Shown here piece by piece: positions 1 to 12,388 of a stretch of 64,000 nucleotides of DNA. The position numbers were made by a program, and so were the translations under genes. Where the stretch lies: NCBI GenBank assembly GCA_013239625.1, contig MU053365.1, positions 1,584,115-1,648,114 of the forward strand, written 5' to 3'. Within the stretch, counting starts at the first letter, position 1. Each line of letters begins with the position of its first letter. This DNA is from Lama guanicoe. Taxonomy: Eukaryota. The notes beneath the pieces are model-generated. The model searched no databases. It was not told the origin of the DNA and saw only the letters and a list, made by a program, of their open reading frames with translations.

Positions 1-769
1 CCCATGCATACATGTGAAAGGGCATGTGTGTGCACACGTGTGTATTGTCTAAATCCTACCAAACGGGAAGGAAAAAAACTATTCGGAATAGTTTGAACCT
101 GACAGTTGCAAGACTTCAACTTGCAATCCTGAATGGATGGGTTATAATATAAACTATCAATATAGCAAGCGTCCTTTTTGCCTGCAAAATAAAAAACTGC
201 CACAGAGCTCTTCCTTATCTCTCTCTCTAAGTATTCTCTTCTGTGCAGTGCAGGCTGCTGCTGATTTTCTGCTCATGTAAGTAGTAAATGCTAAGGCGTC
301 ACCTTGGAGTTGGCAGCGTGATCAGTCACAGCCTCACTTTGTAGAGGGTCTTCCCCAACTTGGTGACAGGACCCATATCTTTCCATGTGTATTGTTTTGA
401 AAACCTTTGAGACTGACCTCTAGAATACCATAAACATGCTAATGGAGGTTCTTAAGGGTTTCCTCTGATTTCTTTCACTTCTCCTTCCCTGAAGAAAACC
501 CACAAAGTTCATAAAGCAACAGCAGCCTTAATACAGAGTTTTGAAGGGGGAAATAAACAGCATAGTTTCTTTTATCTCTCTCAAAGAACTTTTCATTACG
601 CTGTGTACCCTTCCTAACGTTCTAGCCTTACCTCTGCCACTAAGCTCATGGTGGTCTGCTACACTAAATACTTTTGGATTACTGGATTACAAAAGAAACA
701 TTTTCACATGTGGTATAGGCTCAGCCTAAAAGAGATCCTCCCTGCCACACCTCCACCAAACTCTCCTTT

Positions 770-1060
770 TTTCTAGCTGCTGAACACCTGGTCTTCCTTC
801 AAGTCTCTCCACTACCAGCTCGCTCTCTAGCCACGCAATACAGTTGAGTTGTCCCCCTGTTAGTATTCCCACAGTATGGAGTACATACCTTCGCTGTTGT
901 GGTCATCTCACTTTACATTCTTAGTTAATATGTTAGTCTCCTACGTAGGACCTTGAGGTCCTCCAGGGCAGAGAACGCTTCCTGTCCACTTACATAGCAC
1001 CTAGTCCAGTGCCTGGTATATGCATAATAGCCATCAACGAAAAGGTATCAAATAAATATG
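770..1060 (+). mobile_element. LINE2 3' end relic
   Basis: Decayed L2 3' motifs 'ctccagggcagaga...catagcacctagtccagtgcctggtata...aaataaata'. Confidence 0.65.
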
Positions 1061-1087
1061 GAACTATCCCATTTCTGCATTTAATCA

Positions 1088-1325
1088 GCATAGCATATTA
1101 CTTTAGAGGAGGGGCCTGGAGATGGACTATCCTAGATTCAAGTCCTAGCCTTTCCATCTGTCAGCCCTGTGACCTTGGGCAAATTACTTCCCTACTCTGT
1201 TTAGTTATCTGTAAAACAGAGATGCCAATAGTACCTGCCTGATGATATTCTTGAGTGCATCCAATGAGAAAATAGATGTAAGGTGCACCATAAAGTACCT
1301 GAAACATACTAAATATTTAACCAGT
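1088..1325 (+). mobile_element. MIR SINE, near full length
   Basis: MIR core 'tgtgaccttgggcaaattacttccctactctgtttagttatctgtaaaacagagatgccaatagtacct' plus a MIR-like tail. Confidence 0.85.
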
Positions 1326-1598
1326 GTCTCTTTTCTTTCTTTTATATCCCCTTCTCCATCTCTCTCTTAACAAACCTAAACTGCTTAGGTAGATGATATT
1401 GACAGGGATGGACTATGGAGAGACATTTTCCCCACCAGGCCCAAGTCCCAATCTGAAATAGGAGAGAAATTTATATTGAGTGAATATTCACCACTACATA
1501 TTTCCTTCACGATAGATGAAACTATGTAGTGTTGTATTTATGTTCAACTATAAATAAAACTGAAGTTCATTAAATTTCCCCTTTTTCTGCAATTACAG

Positions 1599-1610
1599 AG
1601 GAAACGGGGT
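1599..1610 (+). other. Candidate 12-nt in-frame microexon (AGGAAACGGGGT) of an unidentified host gene
   Basis: Pyrimidine tract, TGC and acceptor 'tttcccctttttcTGCaattacAG' followed by 12 nt and donor GTGAGT. No stop in any frame. TGCATG at 1744-1749. Lies in repeat-free sequence. Confidence 0.4.
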
Positions 1611-2634
1611 GTGAGTTAAATTTAAAGACCCCCAATAAAACTTTTAACCGCATTTCTTGGTCAAGTTAAAGATAAATTGATGCATATTATGTGTGGGCCT
1701 ATTCCATTTTTAAGAATTCTTTTGCAGTATTTTCCTTTAGAAATGCATGTACCCATAGACAATTGCAGGGTAACACGAGGCCACTATGAATCAAAAAGCC
1801 AAGCAGAATCCTGTTGTTACTTTAAAAAATTATTTGAAGAATATCTTGTCTTACTGATAAAACTATAATTACACTTTATACTCTTCATATTACTCAACAA
1901 ATTGTTCTTTTTGTACAAACTCTTTGTCCTTGAAAATAGGATACTACGGCAAAGCAAACTCTAGCTTTCCAAGGCAGATAACTTTCCTGAGATAAGTTTT
2001 AGATCTTCACAGGCTGTCTTTGTTCTGTTCTTGTCTACACTTTTCAAAGGGTTAGAAACATCTGCAATGTATTTGACACAGCTACAGCTGAATTTTAAAA
2101 ATATTGCCTATCTGCTTAATGTAAAACACTATTACCAAAAAATTGGGTGGGAGGTGTGGATAGGAAGCAGACTGTATGCTTAAGAATCCTCAGAATATTG
2201 CTTTAATATAGTAATTATAGCAATACACGCACACACACACTGCATTCTGCCTATCATAAGGTAAACCATATTTTTAGTTAATAGGAATTCAACTCAAATA
2301 ACCAAGGTTGGAAACAACCCGAGTGAATCTGAGTAGGGCTTCTGCAAAGGAAATTTCTAGTTTTATTTTTATTTTATTTATGTATTTATTTATTATTTGG
2401 TTTCAAAGATTTCATAACATTTTAGGAGCAAGTTTAGCTTGCAGTTACCAATCTTCCTAAAACCTCCATGTGTAAACCTCTTCCAAGCAATCTAAACCAA
2501 ATAAGTCATTTGAAGTCATTTGGTTTCTGTAGGAAACTGTATGCCTCAGCAGTGAGGCAGGAGGAAGGGGATGTGGTAAATCACGAACTTTAATGTTAGC
2601 TACAGGATAACAGTTACCTGGTGCACATTTTTTT

Positions 2635-2715
2635 TCACTGGTGCATGTTCAGAACCTAGGAAAGGGCCTAACACATATTAGGTGCTTAATAAATATTTGT
2701 TGAATGACGGAATGT
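2635..2715 (+). mobile_element. LINE2 3' tail
   Basis: 'cctaacacatattaggtgcttaataaatatttgttgaatga' is the typical L2 3' terminus. Confidence 0.75.
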
Positions 2716-3466
2716 ATATCTAATTATAAAATCCATAGAGAATCATTGCATAAATTTTGGAAAATATAGAAATTATATTAAAGAAGATAAAATTCACCCA
2801 TAATCTCATCCATAATTCAACCACTCAAGAGTGGTAATACTTTTTTTTATATTCACCTCAGTTATATTCTTTTGGCTTCAAGAGAAATGAACTCATTCAA
2901 TCTAACACAAAGTAAGGTTTTAATGGCAATCTTTCATAGTGTCTCTGGGGCCTTGTGGTCTTTCATTTTTGCCTTTTTCTCTTCCGTTCTGGTTTTTTCG
3001 CCTGTGTTTCCTCATCAGCATGTGAATTGCCAAATGCTTTCCCCCGCCCTACCTTTCTAGGACAATCTATTTCAGATAGTTCAATTTAAGCCACCAACAT
3101 AATTTGATTCTGTTCTTTGTGTCTCAAGATTTAGGACAGTAACTGCTAATTGGCCAGTCGGTAGACTACCTCCATCTGAGTCAGCTAAGCATATACCCCT
3201 GTTCCATTCTGATCAACTGGAGGATTATTGGTATTTTGTGGGATTGTAGGATTCCTCAGCCTACCTCTTCAGCATGGGTTGTAGGGCTGTATTTAAGGGA
3301 CAGCTCTGAAAGAAGGATGTACCTAATAGGCACTCAATGAACGTAAGATCTGTGAGATCAGGGACCATGCCATTCTCCATTTCTGATGCATGATAGTAAT
3401 TAATAAATGAATGATGAATGGACAAGTCAAATAAAGGCCATAAAAATGAGAATCATTGAAAGCCAT

Positions 3467-3640
3467 TTTTTAAATTGAGATATAATTCACATATAAGATT
3501 GTGTAGGTTTAAGTTATACAATGTTGGTCTGATACATTTATATATTGCAATATGAATACCACTATATCATTAGATAACACCTCTAGCATGTCATATATTT
3601 ATCACTTCTTTTTTGTGTTAAAATTTCTTAGCAGCTTTGA
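3467..3640 (-). mobile_element. L1 (L1MA-type) 3' end fragment
   Basis: 'ttttttaaattgagatataattcacatataagattgtgtaggtttaag' is an antisense L1 3'UTR terminus with poly-T. Confidence 0.75.
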
Positions 3641-3653
3641 AGTGCTCTTTCTT

Positions 3654-3818
3654 TTTTTTAAGGACTGCTTTTTTCAATTTTATTTTATTTTATTGGCGGG
3701 GAGGTAATTAGGTTTATTTATTTATTAATTTTTAATAGAGATACTGGGGCTTGAATGCAGAACCTTGAGCATGCTAAGCAAGCATGCACTCTACCACTGA
3801 GCTCTACCCCCCACCGCA
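3654..3818 (-). mobile_element. Camelid tRNA-derived SINE (Vic-1 type)
   Basis: The minus strand has an A box (tagagctcagtggtagag), a decayed B box, the 'aataaacctaattacctcccc' body and an A-rich tail. TSD AAGTGCTCtttctt (3640-3653) / AAGTGCTCcctctt (3819-3832). Confidence 0.9.
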
Positions 3819-3894
3819 AAGTGCTCCCTCTTGAAACTGTAAAGTTCATTCCAAGACGTGCAGTGTGGCACCCACATAGACTGCTAGATTTTTA

Positions 3895-4746
3895 TTTATT
3901 ATTTTAAAATTATTTTTTCATTGCAGTATAGTCAGTTTACAATGTATCAGTTTCTGGTGTACAGTATAATATTTCAGTCATACATGCACATATACATATT
4001 CATTTTCATATTCTTTTTCATTATAGATTACAAAATATTGAATATAGTTTCCTGTGCTGTACAGAAGAAACTTGTTGTATATCTGTTTTATATATAGTAG
4101 TTAGTATCTGCAAATCTTGAACTCCCAATTTATCCGTTCCTACCCACTTTACATCCTGGTAACCATAATTTTCTTTTCTATGTCTGGGAGACTATTTCTG
4201 TTTTGTAAATAAGTTCATTTGTGTCTTTTTTTTTTTTTAGATTCCATATATGAGTGATATCATATGGTATTTTTCTTTCTCTTTCTGGCTTACTTCACTT
4301 AGAATGACAATTTCCAGGTCCATCCGAGTTGCTGCAAATGGCATTATGTTATTCTTTTTTATGGCTGAGTAATATTCCGTTATATAAGTATACTACCATT
4401 TCTTTATCCAGTCATCCGTATATGGACATTTAGGCTGTTTCCATGTCTTGACTATTGTAAATAGTGCTGCTATGAACACTGGGGTGCAGGTGTCTTTTTG
4501 AATTAGAGTTCCCTCCAGATATATGCCCAGGAGCAGGATTGCTGGATCATATGGTAAGTCTATTTTTAGTTTTTTGCAGAATCTGCAAACTGTTTTCCAT
4601 AACGGCTTCACCAAACTACATTCCCACCAACACTGTAGAAGGGTTCCCTTTTCTCCACAGTGATACTGATATTGAGCATTTTTTCATGTGCTTGTTATAG
4701 ACTATTTGTATATCTTCATTGGAGAATTGTTTGTTTAGGTCTTCAG
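3895..4746 (-). mobile_element. 5'-truncated camelid L1 (ORF2 C-terminus plus 3'UTR) with an internal deletion
   Basis: ORF 4393-4614 is L1 ORF2 C-terminal sequence ([12 protein letters not shown]...[18 protein letters not shown]). 16-bp TSD gactgctagattttta (3879-3894) / gactggtagattttta (4747-4762) at a TTTT/AA site. Confidence 0.95.
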
Positions 4747-5782
4747 GACTGGTAGATTTTTAAAGTAGGAAAAGATGGGTCAGGGATTTGTTCTCTTTAG
4801 TGAAATAGCTTTGTTTTCAATTAAATGTGAATGACTCACAAAGAACCCAGGAGTACAGAATGGGCTTTCAATATAATAGTTCCACTTTTATCACTAGTAA
4901 ATATTGGAGTTTTGTGACAGATTTCATTCTATTGCTTTATGAAGTTTGAAAAGAAATGGACTTAATGATCTCAAGGATCCAGTATAATTTAAATATTTGG
5001 TGATTTATTGAAATCCATGATAATTAGTGTCATCATCAATGTTAACAATGCTATGATTATCAACCCCACCTCCATACATATACATACAAAAAACACAAAT
5101 GGATTTATACTGTCCATATAATACTCCTGCCTTACTCTGGAAATGTGGAAGTAGTTTTTGTATTGCAAGTGGATAAACAATATTTTACCTATTTTGAGAA
5201 TATAGTGGACAGTAGAGAGTAAGAGTTAGTGGGGACTCCTAAAATTATATTTGCTACCTAGACTACTTTAGGCCAAGAATTATTTTTACATGACATTTCA
5301 ATTGTTCTATCCCAGCATTTTAAAAATCAGTTTTCTTTTTAAGAGTCTAGACAGCATTTAAAAAATAAATCCTTCTCTCAGATTTTGTAGCAGATAATTC
5401 CATTTTATTTTTGCCATAAAATGCATGTAATCAAGCAAAGGTCATTCATCTTTTAGGCCTCATAGTAGTTATCCATGTTGACATATTAGTTGAGTTAATG
5501 GCTCCTGTATGTTTCTGATCCTCACTAACTATACATGGTTTTCAAATTGTGTATGAGAGATTAACAGTCTCTACTCAGTACTGACTGTTCAACTTTGTTA
5601 AACCATATTTTAAATGATCCATTTTATAGACAAAACTACTTTATTTCATGAGTAAAGTTTATCATTTATAGATTTTCATTTGCATGTAATTCCCCCTATT
5701 TTAAATTCTGTATGTTTTCTAAAATTTAAAATCCATTTATTGATGAAAGACTGACTGTAGGAGCTTAATGGTCCACTCATAG

Positions 5783-5905
5783 ATTTCTGGGGATGAATGG
5801 TGGTGATGTTTGCACAATATGAATGTACATAATGCCACTGAACTGTACACTTAAAAATGGTTACTATAATAGGTTTTAAGTTATATTTATTTTACCAAAT
5901 AAAAT
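5783..5905 (+). mobile_element. L1MB-type 3' end
   Basis: 'ggtggtgatgtttgcacaatatgaatgtacataatgccactgaactgtacacttaaaaatggtta'. Confidence 0.85.
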
Positions 5906-6945
5906 TAATCTGCACATCTATTATACAAAGGAGAATCTTTTTTTAATCTTTCTGATTTTAAAATAATCTACTCTGTGATGCTTCCTCTTTAGTGTAAAGC
6001 TTTAACAACAGTTTTCCCTTTTTTTCAATTTCAGAATAGTAGAACTTTCAAATCACATAAAATATTTGAACTGCATCTATATTTAAAATGATTTTGCTGG
6101 GAGATTTGAATCAAGTCTATGTCACAGAAGCTGTGCAACCACTCTGTCCGTGTAGATGACAGTTATGTTTTAAAGTAAAAGGTCTGTGCAGTTTTCAAAT
6201 AAGTTAAAGAACTTATTTGACAGCTATGCACAAACACTTTTATAACTCAAACACATGCTCTCACACAAAGAGTGCAAATATTCGAGTAACCATTTTTGTC
6301 CATTTGGAAACATATCCTTCTTTGGGTGTTAATATCTGAAGAATAATCAACAAAGACAAATGTTATTTTTTTCTCCATTGTGTTAGTGTTTTTCTCTATT
6401 GTGGAAATGTAGACAAATATGTGGATGATTAATGACATTTTTAGTATTTGCACTCAAACGTGCTGATCTTGTCAGCATTGTTTCAGTAATGCCCTTTCAG
6501 GGTAGGGCATGTTTTCACTTTAAAAACAACAACAATCTTAATATCCATTCAACTAGAAGGCTAGGGTATTAGTGTCTGAACTGAAGTCAATTCTCCATAC
6601 TTTGCAGGAGAGAATGATACCAAATTGAAACAAAAAAGAACTGAAAAAATTATCTTCAAAAATGCCTATGCCTTTTATGGTTCACTGTGGGCAGTTTTTA
6701 AACATCCATTTAAGAAATTTGCCTGAACTACATTGAATCACTAGAAAGGCTAGCATGGAGAATACCAGCTTCACATGTTTCCTTGAGTTATTTTTAGGCC
6801 TCTTCTTTGAAAGTGTAGATACATTAAAATGCTGAGATTCACTTTATTTGTGTGCTTATTTCTTGGCTGACACTGTAACAATTACAAAAGGGCCTGTTCA
6901 CATTCTTATAAAAAGTTGACAACATCACTGTTTGCCATGACATGT

Positions 6946-7391
6946 AGTTAAGAAAAAATATTCAGTGACACTTATTGAAGACGATAAGGTAGACCTTATT
7001 CAGGACTGTTGTGCTACATAGGGACCACTGCATTGGGATTTTACAGTTGAAGAGGGAGATTGAGCCCAACTTTGAGTACAGCATGTGCAAATGGAAAATT
7101 ATAGCCAAGGAGCAGAGTGGAGAGTCTAGTGAATGGAGAATTACCAAGAGGAAATCAGGAGTGAGGGGGATTCTGGCTAAACTGTCCTAACAAGATTCTT
7201 CACTGAAGATAGGTCGGGATGATAAGAAATGAGATATCAAGGGTGATCAGATATCTAGGATGGAGGATTCTGGTTAAACTGACTTAGCAAGGCTGTTGCT
7301 AAAATTGGATTTTACAAGGAAGTGCAGAGATGGGCCTAGGAGCAGGTTCAGGATCCTGACTAAGGTTTGCTTAAGCAAAGAATCTTTGTCA
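6946..7391 (-). mobile_element. ERV1 solo LTR, MER67/MER31-like
   Basis: The minus strand starts 'tgacaaagattctttgcttaagcaaaccttagtcaggatcctgaacctgctcctaggcccatct', like the recalled MER67 consensus. ATGT flanks both sides (6942-6945, 7392-7395), consistent with a 4-bp TSD. Confidence 0.8.
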
Positions 7392-8084
7392 ATGTGTGGC
7401 AACATGCTAATTAATCAGTTCACTTTGTTGTTGGCTTCTGTTGTAACCCTGTTTTTATAGTTTTAATGTTTTGTTTTTAAGTGATAAAATATATTTCAGT
7501 TAAAGTACTGTTTTTCTTAGCTTTTTTCCTTGTTGTAGAAGAAATTTTTATGTTTAGGGGAAAATGGTTACAATAATTAAGTTCAAGCTCTGAACTTAAG
7601 GTCTATGTTTCCTTCAGTGCCCTCAAACTCATCACATATCCTATAGTTCAATAGCTCCTAGTCCACTGCCTCTGCAGGCAGAGATTTGCATCTCAAAAAC
7701 ATTGATTTAATTTTATTTTTCTACGAATGCAGTTTTCACTATCTTCTACTAGTTAAAACAATGTAGGCCATTTTTTTAATTCTTTTTATCTCTATGTGTC
7801 TCATGGCCTTCAAATGCAGAGAGTTGATTAAATCTTATCCTTGTCTCCTGATACACTGTTACTTACTTGTCCATGAATGGTTATATTCTTCTCTAGGGAA
7901 TGAGGGGAAAGAGTGGTTTTTGTTTCACAGAATAATTTTATTTAATGAAAACGTTAAGGTCTGCCTTTCCATACTGGATTTACCAAAATGATAGTCCTAG
8001 TCTTCGGAGACTACTTGGTAGCACCATTGTTGGATAACATGCAATTTCTTCTATATCTCATTACTGTGTTTCATTATTTATGTA

Positions 8085-8560
8085 CACTGTTAAAAATTCA
8101 TTTCCTGAGTGCCTCCTATGTTACTCTGTTAAGGTCGCCTTTAACAAGGACAAATAGTATAGCCCTTTCCTCTAATGGATTCATCAAGATTAAGAGTACC
8201 AGAACTTGGGATGTTGGGTGGGTACTTCCCATGGAGAGAATCCTGGTTGGGAAGGGAGAAGTATGCTAGATAAAGGAAATAGGAAAGAAGGCATGGTAAG
8301 AATGAATAGTTTTGACCAAAGCATGAAGTGGCCTAGGAAGAATAGGAAGAGACCACATTGTTAATGGTTTTGAATTTCAGTCTAAAGAGTTTTATTACAT
8401 AGGCAGAACTTTTGCACAAATAAGTGACGTAGTCACTTTTGAACTTTAGGACAAGTTCATCCATCAAGGCACACTATGGTAGATGGGTGTGGGAGAAATG
8501 GATGTGGATGTAGAAGAAGGAATAGGGAAGGAGAGCCTGGAAGTAGTAAGATCTTAGCTG
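8085..8560 (-). mobile_element. LINE2 relic
   Basis: 'ttcatttcctgagtgcctcctatg' followed by purine-rich antisense L2-like sequence; heavily decayed. Confidence 0.55.
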
Positions 8561-9585
8561 CTCAGAATTTCAGCACACCTATTTATTTTTATTAGCTTCT
8601 GGTAAGGCTTATACCATTGCCTGGGGAGTCCTTGTTTTGTTTATTTTATCATAGCTACTCCTGACATTTTCTCTTTTGATCTCTGTAAGTTCATAGATAT
8701 TTACTGAGATTAGAATGAACTGATTCCCTAGTGTTTGCTAATTATAATCATGTGTCAGCAAGGGCAAGAACACATTGTGTCTATGGGGATCTGCCGCAGC
8801 ATTAGCAAGATTAACAAATAACTTAGCATTAGTCAAGCCTAACGTGCTTTACTGTGGTTCTCAGTATCTTCATTCATCAGCCCTGGTCACAAAACACTGC
8901 GCTGTATTTGACTCTTCATTCACATAATATATGACTAAAACAAAGAAATGTCAGAGACTGCTGGAATTCCCACACACCTCCAGGGTGGGCTGGTGAAAGG
9001 AGCACCACGCAAGAGGACCCAGAACAAGTAGGTTCAAGTCTCAGTTCTCACTGAATCTGAACAGTTTCTAATGCTTTTGTGCCACAGCCAGAAAACAATG
9101 AAGCTCAAAGATTGTGGAAATCTAGGAATAAAAATGGCTACATACCCACATATGACCTCCATGACCTCCCCCTAGTTTCAGAATACTCAGTTTGCTAGAA
9201 CCTTTAAAATGAAGTTTAAAAATATTTGTCTGTTGCTGCATTTAAATGTTTTAATTGTCTTAAAATGCTTAATAATCTGAATACTAAAGTGCCTGGAGAG
9301 CATTGGCAAGGAATGGTAAATAAAACATATGCCCCTACCATGATTTATGGGAGTCGGGTCAAGCTGTTTTGTTTCTGTATTACCAGATGCTATCCAACAA
9401 GGGTGCTACCAAGTAGTCTCCGGGGATTAGGACTGTCATTTTGGTAAATCCAGCATGGAAAGGCAGGCCTCAATTTTTTCATTAAATAAAATTATTCTGT
9501 GAAACAGAAGCCACTCTTTTCAGTCCTACAATCAATCAACACCTGCCATTATAAGGATTTGTGCTAAGAGAGATAAATTAAAGAG

Positions 9586-9813
9586 TAGGGTTTCTCAGCC
9601 TCCACACCACTGACATTTTGGGTTGAGATAATTTTCTTATTCGAGGATTGTCCTGTGTATGCACTGTAGGATATTTAGCCACATCCATGGTCTCTCCCCA
9701 GTGGATGCCCATACTGACCCTCACATACCCACTTGTTGATAACCAAAAATACCTCTACACATTGCTAAATACCCCCTTGAGGCACAAAATCACCCCCTGG
9801 TTGAGAACCGCTG
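9586..9813. mobile_element. MER20 (hAT-Charlie) non-autonomous DNA transposon
   Basis: Ends 'tagggtttctcagcctccacaccactgacattttgg' and 'cccctggttgagaaccgctg'; about 228 bp. Confidence 0.9.
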
Positions 9814-9873
9814 GTATAGAGTATAGCATGAAACACTATTCTTAATCTCAAGAAACCAAGCCATTTTATGACC

Positions 9874-10040
9874 CAGATTTTGGAATCAAGAAGCTTCAGG
9901 TTTGAATCTTCACCCTACCATTTCCTAGTCATGTGACCTTAGGTAAGTTACTTAACCTCTCTGAGCTATACTGTCCTTACCTTTAAGGACACTTAAGGGA
10001 ATAGTACTTAATTTGCAGAGTTATTGTAAGGATTATAGAA
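9874..10040 (+). mobile_element. MIR SINE
   Basis: Core 'tgtgaccttaggtaagttacttaacctctctgagc'. Confidence 0.85.
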
Positions 10041-10556
10041 AAGTAAACAATGTTATGAATGACATATGCCAATATGGTTGCTAATCTAAAGTTTCCAATA
10101 TCAACTGTGCTTATTGCTAAGTTTTGCTGCTTTCTCTCTGGTCTCATTGAGATCCTTTCTCCAATTCAAGGCTGATATCTCCACTTATACTCTGGTTGCT
10201 ACCCCTTCCCACTTTCTCAGTAATCTGATTTCATGATTTGTCTCTTCGACATTCCCTTCTCCCTTACAGATGGGCTCTGTGATCAGAGAGAGAAAGTTAT
10301 AAATATTAAATGAGATTATACATGTGAAACATAAATTAAAAAAGAAAATCTGCCCATAGAATGGAAAACCTAGATGAGGTCAAAACACTAATAATGAATC
10401 ATAGCTATTTGCAGGATTGATAAAGATTTCATGTTGCATGTTGGCAACACAAGAAGCTTTCATATTTCTCCCACTCTGAAATATTCCATTCTTTATTGTT
10501 TTCTCTTTATTACTGAGGGAATATAATTCAATTAATTATACAAGAAATAAGCATGT

Positions 10557-11085
10557 TGTATTGGTAAAGATGCACTTGGTCATGCCATGGTAACAAACAA
10601 CCTAAAGATCTCAGTGACTTAAAGTTTATTTCTTGTTCCTGCTATACATCCATCTTGGCTTTACTGGGTGTTCAACTCCACATCATCCTTAAGCAGGAAT
10701 CCAGGCTGGTGGACTCTGCACTCTTTGGAACATCGCTTCTTATCCTGGCTAGCAGGAAGCGTACATGGTGATTTGTTATGATCTCTTTAAGCAGGGGCTG
10801 GCACCTGTGGCCTGTGGGCCAAACCTGGCCACGATCTGTTTCATTAGAATACAGCTACCCTCATTCATCTATGTGTTGTATGTGGCTGCGTTTGTACTAC
10901 AAGGGCAGAGTTGAATAGCGGTGATAGATTGTATGTGACCTGAAAAGCCTAAAATATAGACTGTCTAGCCCTTTGCAGAAGAAAAACTTTGCCAATCCTG
11001 TCTTAAAAAGTTCTGCCCAGACATAAACACACTGTATTTAACCACATTCCACTGTCATAAGAACTAATATAGCCATGCCTACTAA
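10557..11085 (-). mobile_element. MaLR LTR (MLT1-type, old) interrupted by MER58A
   Basis: 'ggtaacaaacaacctaaagatctcagtgacttaaagtttatttcttg' and the continuation 'tctgcccagac...ccacattccactg' after the MER58A. Confidence 0.7.
10792..11000. mobile_element. MER58A (hAT-Charlie) DNA transposon
   Basis: Ends 'caggggctggca' and 'tttgccaatcctg'; internal 'aaagcctaaaatat...ccctttgcagaa'. 8-bp TSD-like flanks tctttaag / tcttaaaa. Confidence 0.85.
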
Positions 11086-11089
11086 CATT

Positions 11090-11675
11090 TTTAACATTGA
11101 AGTATGGTTGATTTACAATGTTGTGTTAGTTTCAGGTGTACAGCAAAGTGATTCAGTTATACATGTGTATATGTATGTATATATGTATATTCATTCTTTT
11201 TCAGATTCTTTTCCATTATAGATTATTACAAGATATTGAATATAGTTCCCTGTGCTATACAGTAGGACCTTGTTGGTTATCTAGTTTATACATAGTGGTG
11301 TATATATGTTAATCCCAAACTCCTAATTTATCCTTCTCCCCCACTCCCCATTTGGTAACCCTATATTTGTTCTCTATGTCTGTAAGTCTATTTCTGTTTT
11401 ATAAAAAAGTTCATTTGCATCATTTTTTTAGATTCCACATACAAATGATATTATGTTTATCTTTCTCTGATTTACTTCACTTAGTATGATGATCTCTAGG
11501 TCTATCCATGTTGCTGCAAATGGCATTATTTCATTCTTTTTTATGGCTGAGTAGTATTCCATTATATAAATATACCACAACTTCTTTATCCAGCCGCCTG
11601 TTGATGGACATTTAGGTTGCTTCCATGTCTTAGCTATTGTAAATAGTGCTGCTATGAACACTGGAAAAGATGCAT
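11090..11675 (-). mobile_element. 5'-truncated cetartiodactyl-type L1 (ORF2 C-terminus plus 3'UTR)
   Basis: ORF 11428-11679 is L1 ORF2 end (TWKQPKCPS...[18 protein letters not shown]). Degenerate TSD tactaacatttt / taccaacatctt. Confidence 0.95.
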
Positions 11676-12005
11676 GCATCGTACCAACATCTTATGCAAA
11701 AGAAAATCCTCGTCTTGATCATTTACTGAACACACCCAAACCTTCCAGTTTAGCCCAGAGGCATAGTTGCCTCTATCTTGCCTTCCTCAGACTTAGACAG
11801 GGATAAGCCTAAGAGATTTACCTACAAGATGAAACATATTGATGATAAAATCTATTTTGTCCTTTCAGTGAGTGCCACTGATAGAAGAAATCAGACTTTT
11901 CTCTTGCATGTAGGAAACAAATGTCCTATTTGGGAATGGTGGACTTACTGTGGGAATGGTAGATTTCTTCCTCTAGTTTTAATTCTAGTACTGATTAGTT
12001 GTTTA

Positions 12006-12388
12006 TGGTAGACAGTGTTGATTGCCAATATGATGACCGTTTCCCCTTCCTTCCTTGCTAGTAGAAGTATGACTTTGTTAGGGAAGCACCTTTCCTCCTT
12101 CCCTGTGTTATTCGTGCCTTCCTGCTTTGATCACTGTCCTGTGATGGTGTGATATTTGAAGCTGTGGCAGCTATCTTGTGACCATGAAGCAACAAGTCAG
12201 AGGACAAAAAGTTCGTGTGATAAAGGGGACAGAGTAGAATTATGGAAAGAAAATGGGTTCCTAATAGTAGAATTGAGCTGCCAGACTGACTCTGGAATCA
12301 CCAACTCTCAGACATCTTGGTGAGAAAATTAAATGCTTCCATGGTTTGAGCCTGTTTAAATTGGATATTCTGTAACTTGTAGCCCCTA
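12006..12388 (+). mobile_element. MaLR LTR (MLT1J-like)
   Basis: 'gaagctgtggcagctatcttgtgaccatgaagc' and the 3' 'attctgtaacttgtagcc' are MLT1 hallmarks. Confidence 0.8.

Noticed and set aside
3730..3812. tRNA-like sequence (also at 37700-37778)
   Set aside because: These are SINE heads with A-rich tails and TSDs, not tRNA genes.
4393..4614. Protein-like ORFs here and at 11428, 18648, 20273, 34936, 56888, 61850 and 62005
   Set aside because: All are fragments of L1 ORF2 inside truncated, disrupted retrotransposon copies, not host genes.
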